Source: Priapulus caudatus (taxonomy: Eukaryota). Taken from it: a stretch of DNA of 64,000 nt. Under the pieces are notes generated by a model, which did not search any database, was not told where the DNA came from, and saw nothing but the letters and a program-made list of their open reading frames with translations. Made by a program: the position numbers and the translations under genes. Shown piece by piece: positions 13,001 to 23,438 of this stretch; position 1 is the stretch's first letter; every line of letters begins with the position of its first letter. The DNA lies in the NCBI RefSeq assembly GCF_000485595.1, contig NW_014577062.1, positions 1,161,950 through 1,225,949 of the forward strand, read 5' to 3'.

Positions 13001-16000
13001 TGCGATGTGCAAGTATGTCAAATTTGGTTACCTTAGGGGTTTTGGTACACGACACACCTTCTCCCCAAGATGTGTAAGTTTGCTCGCGCTAGGTCAATTG
13101 ACTTATAGAGTGGAAGGGAAATATGATGAAGATCAAGGTCAAGGTCAAATAAAGGTTGCAGTGACCTGGTTTCGGTACGCGACACACCTTCTCCCCAAGA
13201 TGTGTAAGTATACCAAGTTGGTTCGCGGTAGGTCAATTAAGCGCCGAGTTATAGAGCGGAAGGGAAATATGATCAAGGTCAATGTCAAGGTCAAATAAAG
13301 GTTGCAGTGACCTGGTTTTGGTACGCGACACACCTTCTCCCTAAGATGTGTAAGTATACCAAGTTTGGTCGCACTAGGTCAGTTAAGGGTCAAGTTATAG
13401 AGCAGAAGGGAAAGTGTCTGCGGCAGCGAGCGGCGGCTGGACAGACGTGAAACCATTGTAACCCCCGCCGATTTCGTCGCGAGGGATACAATTAGCAATG
13501 AAATGAAAACAGAATAGAGGAAGAGAGATTATTTGCTTACTTGGAATCCGAGGTAGAAGCTGTAATGTGCCATGAAGAAGCATTCTGTACTAAAATTGTA
13601 GCGGACTTGTGTGGTGTCACCGTTGTTGTTATCACCTTCTGCTGCAGGTATTAGACAAGTCTCCTTTGCCAGACCTCTCATGTGGATTCCTCTCTCCTTA
13701 GCATCTTGATCACTAGAAGCTACAGCCATCCTTTGGGAACACAAATTATTGTAAATACCACGCAATTGCATTATTTTCCAAGACGGTTGCTTGTGGCATA
13801 TTCTTCAGTCACGTTTCTATGAAATTTGAGTAAATCGTATTGCTAAAGCATCACGATTGTTGCTATGCAACTTGAAATAGTTTCGTGAGCATATCATGCA
13901 ACCTGGACAAGATTCTTAATCCAGTATTCCCACCCAGTGCTTGACAGTTTCTACAGCTGACATGTCTGTCAAGACGCTTGACACCTACCTGTAGGACAAG
14001 TCAATGCGAAGAAGCTTTTGGGACATCGGTTCAGCGAACGGCTTGCACAGTCTCAGCAGCACATTAGTCAGGTTGAGTAGAAAGCCATCAGAAGCATATG
14101 GGCTCACGACGTCGTCAAACTGGTGATTAGTCCACAGCTTCGTCCTGCCTAAAACGTAAAAGCAAGCATGACACAACCAGTCAACACAACTCTCATTATA
14201 AACGAATGACCACGTCTGTTATTGAAATCCAAGTTATAATTATGCTGGCGATTCTTTCCCCGCAACTTCAACAAGATAGTTATACTGAGGATATTGGAAT
14301 GAACAATTATGTCCATGTGTGTGGGTACGGTACTGTTATCAACGATGATCATAGTTAAGACATATATATATACGATACTGTATTTCATAGAATGATCAAC
14401 TCGTTTGTGAGCATCTAATCTGGATGTCACCCCAGATACTATGTACACATGAAAGTACTCGCAGCCATACAAACAATAGACACAAGAAATGTTAACGAGC
14501 CTGAGTTTGCACGCAGACAGCCTCCTAGCCACCCGAGCATGCGATGTCGTATATCTGGGGATGCTCTCAGCAGGTTGTAAAACACAGTATACACGCTATC
14601 GTTCAGCTCCTTGATAGGCTAGAAGAACGCCACAACAAACCCTTATACATCTCATAGACAACAAAAGCATTAGAGATATAAAAAAAAGTCTGCACAGAAA
14701 GAGGCAAGTCCATGTCAGAGTAGCTCTAACGAATCGATATACTCGGTACCTGGTAGAGCAACCAGTAATCAGAGTGACCATTTACTAGACAGCAACATTC
14801 TTTATTACCTGAATATGCCCAAATTTTACAATTGTGGTTATCATGAACCAATCTGGCAAGCGCTCGATTTATTGTGCCTATAAACCATGAGGATGAATTG
14901 CAGTCATGCCTTTACAATTTATGGCATTAAAATGCATTATGTGATCAAAGATAATATAACTACCAGCTGTGGGTATAAAGCAACCTTGAATGTAACAACA
15001 TATGTAACTTCTCCTTTAAAAAAAGCAAAAAGCACCTGCTCTAATATATTGCTTTTTGTAATGCAATCTAAAGGTAGCACGCACCCGCCACACATTTTGC
15101 TCTGTGATCTTGTGCTCCTGTTGAGACGAGGAGGATGGATTTTCAAAGAAGCCATGCTCTGCAGCAGGGTTCTTGACGAGACATGAGAGCGACATGGTGC
15201 ATCCCAGTAGGCTGGTCTCATATGCTCGGCCATCGTCTGGATTCTTCGGGGTCGTGAACTCAACCACAACCTGTGCGAGAACAACTACAGGGTTTCTTCT
15301 GAGGGAAAATTAAACAAAGGAGGTAATGGCCAGTTTGGGAAAAAAATGCGCATGATGGATTCAAATACAGGATGTATTGATATACTTATAGGTATATAGA
15401 TACAGGATATACTTATCAGTAAATACAGGATGTATTGATATACTTATAGGTATATAGATACAGGATATACTTATCAGTAAATACAGGAACATTTTCACAA
15501 TGGCGATGTTAAATTTGACAGCGGCGGTGCGCCATTGTGCCTCCTATGTATAAGAAACCCTGAACTATATGAATACAGGCATGTCATTATCTGTCCACTC
15601 ATCATGACCAGTTGCAAATGCAGATGCAAACAAATGCACAAACGGGAACCACACTTGCACTCAAACCTAACTGATTTGATAGCTTTTACTGTTAGTGTTA
15701 GAAACCAAATAATCCACATGCATGGCAGATATGTCGATAGTTTAGAATTTCCGTCGACTGGCTTTCCCATACCCGAGCAAGGCAAGCTGTATGTGTGAGA
15801 AACTTTAGCAGCTCCATGTATTGATAGGCCGCAGAGTCGACCAGCGAAAGCGCAAGTATGCTCTTCCTCATCTCTTCTAGTACAGGTGACCAGATATCGG
15901 AAAGCTCTGCTTCGTCTGCTGAATCAACTGCCACGGCAACCGCCTCCAAGAACCTATACATTGCCTCGCACTCTAAAACACGGTAAGAGCAATTTTTAAA

Positions 16001-18996
16001 GCTATATTTATATACTGTAGCGTGACTATGCTATGCTATGCTATATGTCATGTTAGTATTAGCAACAATTTGGTAATGTGCTGATTTTAACAGTAATTGC
16101 GAGTTTATACAATAATGACGATGCATTAATGCCAGAATGAACAATAAGTAAATGAGCCAATATTCTAGCAATACCTGAAAAATTGATGTGCTCATGAAAA
16201 ATAGTCAGAAGTTGACTTTGTATATCTTGGTTGGCATAAAGCTCGTTCATAATTAGAGCTGTCTTTGAATTCGATACTATCACATTCTGAACGTGGCGAA
16301 ATATATCCTCGTCGGAAGTCTGACAATAGAAAACGTCACATAATATGTATAAAACTGTGAATAAAACATACCTCGTTTTTTTTATCTTACTCCTATTAGC
16401 CTGTATCTTATCAAATTCATCAGTCCTTTCTAACGGATTTCAAAGTCTATCAAGAGGTAACACTATGGGATAAGTTAATATGCATCTCCCTAATAATTTC
16501 CAAACTTTCACACTCCAGCGATAGATTATTTATACTCACCATATCCAATCATGTCTGTCTCTTCTAATTGCAAGAACTATATGCACATCTCTGTCATACC
16601 TTGTCAGCAAGTGCTTCCTCCTTGCATGCTCTGATGTAGCACTGACACAAGTAGGGGAGAATGCGGGGCTCTGCTGCTGCAGTGGTGCCATCGCGGTTCA
16701 AATGCTGTGCGTTTCGAGTCGGAATCACGGCTGTCGCGGAATCATCATGCATCAGTCTCTCAAACACAGCCTGTGTTCAATGGCAAACAATATCACTTGC
16801 ACATGTACACCAATTCCCTCATTAACATCGTAGTTAAGTTCCTGAAAACCGCGACTATAACTGAAATGACGTTAAACGACACCGTTGAAAAAGTTAATAA
16901 TACACTTATGGCCAAGTTTCAAATGTATTCAATTTTTATAACTAAATAAAGCAAAAATCTGTTGTTAAGTATGGGTAAAAATTTACTCAGAACATAGATC
17001 AGTTCTTATAGTATAGCCGTCGCCTCAGCGACAATGATGTTTTTTTCTCAATGATGTTATAATGAAAAAAACAATGAATGAAACGATATTGATATGAGTC
17101 TTATTGGTGTAATACAATATTACAAAAGATAGTACTAAAATCACCCGCCAATTAAACTTGGTGGAACAATGAAGAAATACAATAAAAACAACAAGGGTGA
17201 AGCACTGACCTGTTCCAAACAGTCTCTGTCCAGCCATGTTTGGCCTTCCAACGTGTCATGGAGTTCAGCGAGGTACACACAGAAGCTAGGTCTCAGCCCA
17301 TCTGTCACTAGACCAAACCATAGAATTATACACATTGTAAAAGAAACAATTAACTCACACAATTCTGGAATGTGTCTATGGTAAAAATGTACATATATTA
17401 TACATACATGAATATCTACCTTTGTCAAGAGTAATAAGAAATATTCTCTCTAGAAGATAGCTGACAGATAATAACTTCCTGGTTTCAAAAGCTGTATGCT
17501 CCGTTTTTGTCTCTTTTTTATCTGAAAAAGAATGAGAAAACAGCCAAGTAATAATAGCTTGGTTATGTATAACATATCTGAGCCTGAAATGTACACGTTT
17601 GTACTATATAGTTAGGTTGTTGACAATCAAATTTAAATGATCAAGAACCACAATGTAATCAAGAATGCTTGTCATACTTTTTATGCATTTACAGGGCCAT
17701 AGTCATGATAGTGTGTAGCGTGTGTGTGCATGTGTAAGGGGAGGGGGAATTGCCCAGTCAACTCCAAAGGAACACAAACTATACATGTATGCGTATACTT
17801 TTACATTAAAGTCCCACCACTACAACAGGAAAATAAGATCAACGAAGTGGCTAGAGGTACGGCAGCCGTCGTTCGTTGAAGCCCTTTTTGGCATTTGTTT
17901 GAGGGCTGAGGCAATTATTTGCGATCTTCTGATGTAAAGTTTACAATAATGTTAATTTTCATACATGATCCATTTATTTTCATCTTTGTCTCGTTTGTAT
18001 GAAAGTGAATGAATTGCCGGACCTCCAGCCTCGTAAATTGGAGATACGGCTGCCGTACCTCCAGCTGTAAACGTCTATTTTATACGTTACATGAATTAGT
18101 CAGTGGAGCTAGACGGGTAGTTGTTTTAGCCATAGTCCAGCTAGACAGCATGGCAGGACGTGGTTAGGTTAGGCAGTTTCGAGAGTCAGTGTGAAATGAG
18201 GAGAACGGTTGGAACTAGACAGAACGGGTGACATGTGCGTTCAAGATGTAGGGAGTTTTGGGCGAATATATAGGGAGAGATGGAATAGAATGGGGGATTC
18301 TGGATTGGGGTGCTGGGCGCGAGAGTGAGCACACGCGCGTATGCGCGTGTGCGGCGTTCTTTGTCTCTTTGTGCGATGCGACGACACTGTGTATGAGTTA
18401 TTAAAGTTTGTACAGTTTACCACACAAGTTTGGATCTGTTTCTACATCATTTCGACATCAACGCACATTCCAACGTTACATTTTGGTGCTCGTGACAACG
18501 GACTNNNNNNNNNNATGGAATAGAATGGGGGATTCTGGATTGGGGTGCTGGGCGCGAGAGTGAGCACACGCGCGTATGCGCGTGTGCGGCGTTCTTTGTC
18601 TCTTTGTGCGATGCGACGACACTGTGTATGAGTTATTAAAGTTTGTACAGTTTACCACACAAGTTTGGATCTGTTTCTACATCATTTCGACATCAACGCA
18701 CATTCCAATGTTACACAGCCACTGCCCAAGATCAACAAGTCAACAAGAGTGCAGTTTATTACGTACCGTACGTTGTGTGCATGATGATGATATAACAATT
18801 AACACACTAACCAATGTTTTACTGAAGTAACACATTATTAGTACTAAGGAATAGGTAATATGTAAATACCTTCATCACTTTTATTGGAATCTGGTGATGG
18901 TAAGGTAGCTTTGACACTAAAGTGTTGTGCTTCGCTTAAACTAGGAAACAGTTGAGCGAACGGGTTGCCTGACAAATTCACACCTTCGGAATCCAT
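3922..18996 (-). CDS. UBE4A: Ubiquitin conjugation factor E4 A (Ufd2 core + U-box), multi-exon gene span
   Basis: Exons join in consistent phase at splice sites. The peptide follows UBE4[86 protein letters not shown], and U-box [46 protein letters not shown]. Confidence 0.95.
4367..4524 (-). CDS. UBE4A: UBE4A U-box exon ([26 protein letters not shown]...RHIL)
   Basis: 158 nt, AG/GT, U-box. Confidence 0.95.
4697..5086. mobile_element. Foldback MITE, CACAG..CTGTG termini, ~130-bp imperfect TIRs, 8-bp TSD
   Basis: TSD GTACAAAC at 4689-4696 and 5087-5094, with long inverted arms. Confidence 0.85.
6545..6780. repeat. Dispersed repeat, inverted homolog at ~29650-29866
   Basis: aacaaatccagtttaaccctcctctgaggtcaaaagtt matches the reverse complement of aacctttgaccctcaagaggagggttaaacatggatttgtt. 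Similarity continues for about 200 bp. Confidence 0.6.
7448..7800 (-). other. UBE4A: Garbled (indel-riddled) UBE4A exon sequence
   Basis: The minus strand contains codon-like fragments in the expected order (ATG..CTCAAC, GTCGGG, AACCTGAAGG.TGAAAGAA, CGCTCGTACTCG = RSYS, ACCACCGTGCTC, AGATCCGGCCAGCCG) but with many indels and no intact frame. Confidence 0.6.
7810..9809. repeat. ~2-kb GC-rich minisatellite, unit ~GACGTTAGAGGCGCG, very noisy
   Basis: The core acgttagaggcgcg recurs throughout and runs into the N-gap. Confidence 0.85.
9820..10079 (+). mobile_element. 3' end of a Helentron-associated (HINE/DINE-1-like) element
   Basis: (GACG)n tract followed by terminal stem-loop TAGCTCAGCTTGAC-GAT-GTCAAGGTGAGCTA and an A-run. 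Confidence 0.7.
10186..10299 (-). CDS. UBE4A: UBE4A exon ([38 protein letters not shown])
   Basis: 114 nt, AG/GT. Confidence 0.94.
10537..10729 (-). CDS. UBE4A: UBE4A exon (...[25 protein letters not shown]...)
   Basis: 193 nt, AG/GT. Confidence 0.93.
11098..11252 (-). CDS. UBE4A: UBE4A exon (...[26 protein letters not shown]...)
   Basis: 155 nt, [12 protein letters not shown] motif. Confidence 0.93.
11814..12073 (-). CDS. UBE4A: UBE4A exon ([14 protein letters not shown]...[25 protein letters not shown])
   Basis: 260 nt, AG/GT. Confidence 0.92.
12503..12632 (-). CDS. UBE4A: UBE4A exon ([23 protein letters not shown]...)
   Basis: 130 nt, AG/GT, phase 0-1. Confidence 0.88.
12863..13491 (+). 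mobile_element. Helentron-associated (HINE-like) element with internal ~135-145-bp tandem repeats
   Basis: 5' AACTAGAA, sub-TIR TGTATCCC (12893) / GGGATACA (13483), 3' stem-loop, about 3 core repeats of ggtacgcgacacaccttctccccaagatgtgtaagt. Confidence 0.75.
13541..13730 (-). CDS. UBE4A: UBE4A exon (...[14 protein letters not shown]...YNFSTECFF...YLGFQ)
   Basis: 190 nt, AG/GT. Confidence 0.92.
13989..14148 (-). CDS. UBE4A: UBE4A exon (GRTKLW...[10 protein letters not shown]...LLRLCKPF...)
   Basis: 160 nt, conserved Ufd2 core motif. Confidence 0.92.
14501..14618 (-). CDS. UBE4A: UBE4A exon ([39 protein letters not shown])
   Basis: 118 nt, WLGxCLxAN motif. The donor appears to be GC (see findings). 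Confidence 0.85.
15085..15270 (-). CDS. UBE4A: UBE4A exon ([23 protein letters not shown]...HGFFENPS...)
   Basis: 186 nt, AG/GT. Confidence 0.9.
15288..15562. mobile_element. CAGGG-ended MITE, 5-bp TSD (hAT5-like); sister copy at 32277-32797
   Basis: TIR CAGGGTTTCTT/AAGAAACCCTG, TSD AACTA, internal 59-bp tandem duplication. Confidence 0.85.
15773..15972 (-). CDS. UBE4A: UBE4A exon (...[10 protein letters not shown]...[12 protein letters not shown])
   Basis: 200 nt, AG/GT, phase 1-0. Confidence 0.87.
16175..16319 (-). CDS. UBE4A: UBE4A exon (...[26 protein letters not shown]...)
   Basis: 145 nt, AG/GT, matches the VSNTRTVLLTPEIY region. Confidence 0.87.
16600..16770 (-). CDS. UBE4A: UBE4A exon (AVFERLM...[21 protein letters not shown])
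   Basis: 171 nt, phase 0-0, AG/GT. Confidence 0.85.
17210..17307 (-). CDS. UBE4A: UBE4A exon (...[25 protein letters not shown])
   Basis: AG/GT bounded. A second in-frame acceptor 6 nt inside (exon start 17301) is also possible. Confidence 0.85.
17420..17521 (-). CDS. UBE4A: UBE4A exon (...[13 protein letters not shown])
   Basis: AG/GT bounded, 102 nt, RIFLITLD motif. Confidence 0.88.
17851..18064. mobile_element. Probable MITE (inverted termini GAGGTACGGCAGCCGT)
   Basis: ~20-bp inverted repeat, no clear TSD. Confidence 0.5.
18870..18996 (-). CDS. UBE4A: UBE4A coding exon 1 ([26 protein letters not shown]...)
   Basis: ATG at 18996, NPFAxLF motif of the UBE4A N-terminus, GT donor, phase 1. 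Confidence 0.85.
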
Positions 18997-19445
18997 ATCA
19001 AATACTCCTTTATATATGACCGGAGTCCTTAGCTACCAACCGGAGTAGATTGTCTAAAACATGTTATTAACTTGGCATTAGCAGAACATTTTAATTGAGA
19101 CAATTGTGTATGTTTCCTTGCAGCTCCAAGTTTAACGATGACTCCAGAGTTATGTACCACCATCAACTTCAATACACTTGTTCTCTTGTTGAAAAATAAC
19201 GAAACGCTGGCGCCCCTGGTGGTTCATTAATCTTTCCATCTCACCCAACCCGAATTCATAATAAGTACATTAATATGAAACAAGGATATAAAACATACAT
19301 ATCGAAAACATAGCAAATAAAATAATTAATTCCCTTTTCTCTGTGTCCGTGATGTTACTTAAAGCACTCACTGGTGTTTTTCACTATACAGTACTATACC
19401 ACACCTAGCCATCATAGAATATTGTATAATTATATTATTTGTTAT

Positions 19446-19960
19446 AATTCTAATTTATGAACTTTGTAACTATGTTTATGAACGTGTGCTGTACTTATAA
19501 TGTGTATGTACTATTTCGTTTTAATTTGTTTTCATCTTACAATGAATCACACTGTATAAATTTATCAATGTCATATCACCTACCAAGGTATAAAAACTGC
19601 GTTCTTGTAATAAATCTGTTAAAGTTCGTGTTGTTAAACTCTGGAGCGTCATACCTGCACATTCCTGTATATATAAAAGTTTACCCTTCCCAAAATTCTA
19701 ATATTTTTCTTAGAAATAGCTTATTTCAACTATATATATGTAAATACCTTGAACTTATTGTCTGCTGTACTTTAATATTGTAGAAGTTGTAGTATTATAA
19801 CCTAGTATTGTATAAGTCTGTTAGATGTTGTTTATATGCTGTACATTCTAATTTATGAACTTTGTAACTATGTTTATGAACGTGTGCTGTACATATAATG
19901 AGTATGTACTATTTAGTATAATTTATTTATTTTTTTCTCATCTTATTCACACTGTATAAA
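19446..19960. repeat. AT-rich direct repeat, ~110 bp, two copies (~19446 and ~19846)
   Basis: attctaatttatgaactttgtaactatgtttatgaacgtgtgctgtac occurs twice. Confidence 0.8.
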
Positions 19961-20980
19961 TACGTTTAATACTCAAATCAAAATCAACTTGAACCTTGCA
20001 TCCTACGTACACCAACGAGGTGTTATATTTGTCGATTCTTGTATAGGCCTACCTAGATAGATCTTATCGTAATTAATAGCTTTATTAACTGAACTCGTAG
20101 TCATATGATTCAGCTGCCTGTTTATATACTAATATTTTTGTTTTTTAGGGGTGGCAGACTTTGATGACCTGAGGGTCTTTCGCCACCCCAGTGCTATATC
20201 TATCACATTATGTATTGTGACCTTTCATTCTAATATGTATCGTTGTATACTGAACGTAAATATGTCTTATGCACAAATAAATTATTTGAATCTTGAATCC
20301 TGAATCTTGAATCTTGAATCTATATGATATCACTCTCTCTGCGCGCGATATATCGTACGTGTGTATCAGTTTTTCATCCGAAATGTGCCAAAAGTGCAAT
20401 AATTTATCATATTTGTCCTAAGTATCAGTTCAACACCGCCCGCCCTCCCCCTTGTCTCCCTTGTCGCACGCTCAGCCTCCTTCTTCTTCCACCGCCCCTC
20501 GGCTGTCTTCCCTGCCACCTTCCCTCCGTCTCCCACCCTTCTCTCCTTCAGCAAGCTATATTACGTACTTTTATTTAGGCAGTAGGCCTATAGGTACTGC
20601 ACGTCTGAAACGGTGCTCGCGCATGCGCAATATCTCCCGAGAAGAAGAATATTTTGCCAAGATAATGAATTTAAAATGAAGAGGGGTTATCCCAGCAAAG
20701 ATTTCTATGATAATATTCCATCAGTAGACCTCACTTATGAAATAGGAAGCAGACCTTGCATGTAATTAGGTATCCGCTGCATAAACCAGTCAGTACACAA
20801 TCTGGCTACCTTACTGTTTTAGCGCATGCGCAATATCTCACCAGAGAAGTTATATTTTGTGCTGAAAATGCATTTAATATGGTCAGGGGGTATATCAGCA
20901 TAGGTTTCTGTAATAAATTCTTATCAGTAGACCTGTGTTTATAATTAGGAGAGCGCCCTAGCCAGTAGGGTGCCATATAC

Positions 20981-21526
20981 TATGGAAAGCCATTACCGCC
21001 AAAACCTACCTATTTCAATCGCGCTTAAAATGAATTCCAGCCAATCAGAACAGTGGTTTTTAATCGCGCTTAAAATCGATTTTAAGCGCGATTAAAAACC
21101 ACTGTTCTGATTGGCTGGAATTCAATCGCGCTTAAAATACATTTTAAGCGTGATTAAAAACCACTGTTCTGATTGGCTGGAATTCAATCGCGCTTAAAAT
21201 ACATTTTAAGCGCAATTAAAATAGATTGTTCTGATTGGCTGGAATTCAATCGCGCTTAAAATACATTTTAAACTAGAAACGGGNNNNNNNNNNNNNNNNN
21301 NNNNNNNNNNNNNNNNNNNNNNNNNNNNNNNNNNNNNNNNNNNNNNNNNNNNNNNNNNNNNNNNNNNNNNNNNNNNNNNNNNNNNNNNNNNNNNNNNNNN
21401 NNNNNNNNNNNNNNNNNNNNNNNNNNNNNNNNNNNNNNNNNNNNNNNNNNNNNNNNNNNNNNNNNNNNNNNNNNNNNNNNNNNNNNNNNNNNNNNNNNNN
21501 NNNNNNNNNNCTCTCTCTCTACTCTC

Positions 21527-21581
<55 letters not shown>

Positions 21582-22801
21582 CTCGCTCTCTTCTCTCTCT
21601 CTCTCTCTCTCTCTCTCGCTCTCCCCCTCCCTCCCTCTCTCCTTCGCTCTCCCTTCTCTTAATCCCGGTGGCGGTCTATGCTATCCCTCTCTATCCATCT
21701 ATCATCTTTCTTTCTTTCTTTCTTACTTTCGCTCGCTAGCTCAACCTCTAAAGCGCGCCCTCTCTTCCTCCCTCCGTCCCTCCCTCCCTCCCTCTCTCCG
21801 CTCGCTCCCATTTGTCTCCCTCCTTCCCGGCATGCAGCGCACGCAGCAGCAGCAGCTCGCTAGGCGCTGTGCATCGCACGATCGGCGGCGATAAGCAAAA
21901 GAAAAAAAAGCGAATTAAAATTCCTTGTTTTGCGGCGAAAACTTTCATTTCACGCGCCGCCGAGTCGCGCGCGTGATTCGTTTCGCTGCTGCTGCCGATC
22001 CGGAGCCGACGCCGCCGACGAATTACGAACGAGCCAAAAAAAACAGAGAAACGATCCTGCGCCTGCGCGGCGGCTACGTCTGTCGGCGAGCTGTCACGTG
22101 ACTGTAGACGGCTTCACGATGGCCGTAGATGGTGGCGATGTCGCTAAGCTGGGGGAGGTACATTGGGAGAGAGGGCGGCGGGGTGGGGTGTGAGAAGGCA
22201 CACAGGGAGAGAGTGTGGTAGGATGGGGTGTGGGAAGGCACACAGGGAGAGAGTGTGGTAGGATGGGGTGTGGGAAGGCACACAGGAACGGAGTGTGGTA
22301 GGATGGGGTGTGGGAAGGCACACAGGGAGGGAGTGTGGTAGGATGGGGTGTGGGAAGGCACACAGAGCGAGAGAGAGAGGGCGGGGTTGGGTGTGGGAAG
22401 CTACACAGTGAAGGGAGGAAGGGTGTGGGACAGACCACTAAAAAAGAGAGCGGGTGGGATCTTGGAGTAATCATTCTGAATGATTATATAATTACTCCAA
22501 GGTGGGGTGTAGGAAGGCACACGCTGAGAGAAGAGACGGCAGAGTAGGGGTGGGATGAGAGCGTGAGAGAGATGTTCACGGCGGGGATGGCAGCGGGGGG
22601 ATGCGGAATGCGACGGAGAGACGAGAGCATCAACAGGAAGAGGCAGCTGATCTAGATTCCTCTCCGATATTCAATAACGCTCACGTCGGTTGCGATCTCA
22701 CGCTCGATACGTCACCAACGCCTGCTCTCTATCTCCCTCTCTCCCTCCCTACTCTCTCGCTCTCCATCTCTATCTATCTTTATCTCGCGCGCGCGCTCTC
22801 T

Positions 22802-22836
<35 letters not shown>

Positions 22837-23023
22837 TTCTCTGCCTTTCTCTCTCTGTGTGTCTGTCTCACCCCCGCTTTCTTTCTTTCATTCTCTCTCT
22901 CTCTGTGTCCCTCTTTCCTTCTCTTTCCACTTCTCTCTTACACTTTCGTCCCGCTTTCTCTCTCTGTACCTCTCACTCCCTCTCTTTCTATTTCTCTCTT
23001 ACACCTTCCCGTTCCCTTTCTCG

Positions 23024-23081
<58 letters not shown>

Positions 23082-23099
23082 TCATCTCCCCCTCTCGTG

Positions 23100-23134
<35 letters not shown>

Positions 23135-23230
23135 ATCCTCTCCCCCTCCCCCCACACACACGCACAAAAACCTACCTATTTTAATCGCGCGATTAAAATA
23201 GGTAGGTTTTGGCGGTAATGGCCTTCCATA
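20981..23230. mobile_element. Composite foldback-type element with ~45-bp TIR, palindromic sub-termini, internal 63-bp, 40-bp, (CT)n and (CA)n repeats
   Basis: TIR TATGGAA(A/G)GCCATTACCGCCAAAACCTACCTATTT at both ends, direct repeat ATACTAT overlapping both termini, spans the N-gap 21284-21510. Confidence 0.75.
22184..22365. repeat. 40-bp G-rich minisatellite, ~4.5 copies
   Basis: Unit tggggtgtgggaaggcacacagggagagagtgtggtagga. Confidence 0.92.
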
Positions 23231-23302
23231 CTATGCCACTACTTCATCCCCGCGGCACACGCACACACGCACGTACACATGAGCATTACTGATTATAATG
23301 CA

Positions 23303-23318
23303 CACTAGATGGCAGCAC
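23303..23318 (+). promoter_or_regulatory. CTCF-like motif CACTAGATGGCAGCAC
   Basis: Close match to the CTCF core consensus CCASYAGRKGGCRSY. Motif match only. Confidence 0.4.
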
Positions 23319-23401
23319 GATGCAATTTTACGGTTCAACTACACTACTGATATCAGATTCTGTATGTAAACGTCTGTACGTGTCGACTCTATACGTAATA
23401 G

Positions 23402-23438
23402 CATAGATATACACAACAATGTGTTGTGTATATCTATG
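23402..23438. mobile_element. 37-bp TIR-TIR remnant, P-element-type excision footprint
   Basis: CATAGATATACACAACA + ATG + exact reverse complement, flanked by the 7-bp direct repeat GTAATAG. Confidence 0.7.

Noticed and set aside
18279..18715. ~200-bp direct repeat on both sides of a 10-N gap
   Set aside because: Near-identical copies flanking a gap are typical of unmerged contig overlap.
19208..19222. CTCF-like TGGCGCCCCTGGTGG near the UBE4A start
   Set aside because: One base short in the G-run relative to the consensus spacing.
22601..23218. 205-aa and similar low-complexity ORFs (also at 0.5-1.3, 46.2, 52, 59.7 and 61 kb)
   Set aside because: Translations of microsatellites or N-gaps.
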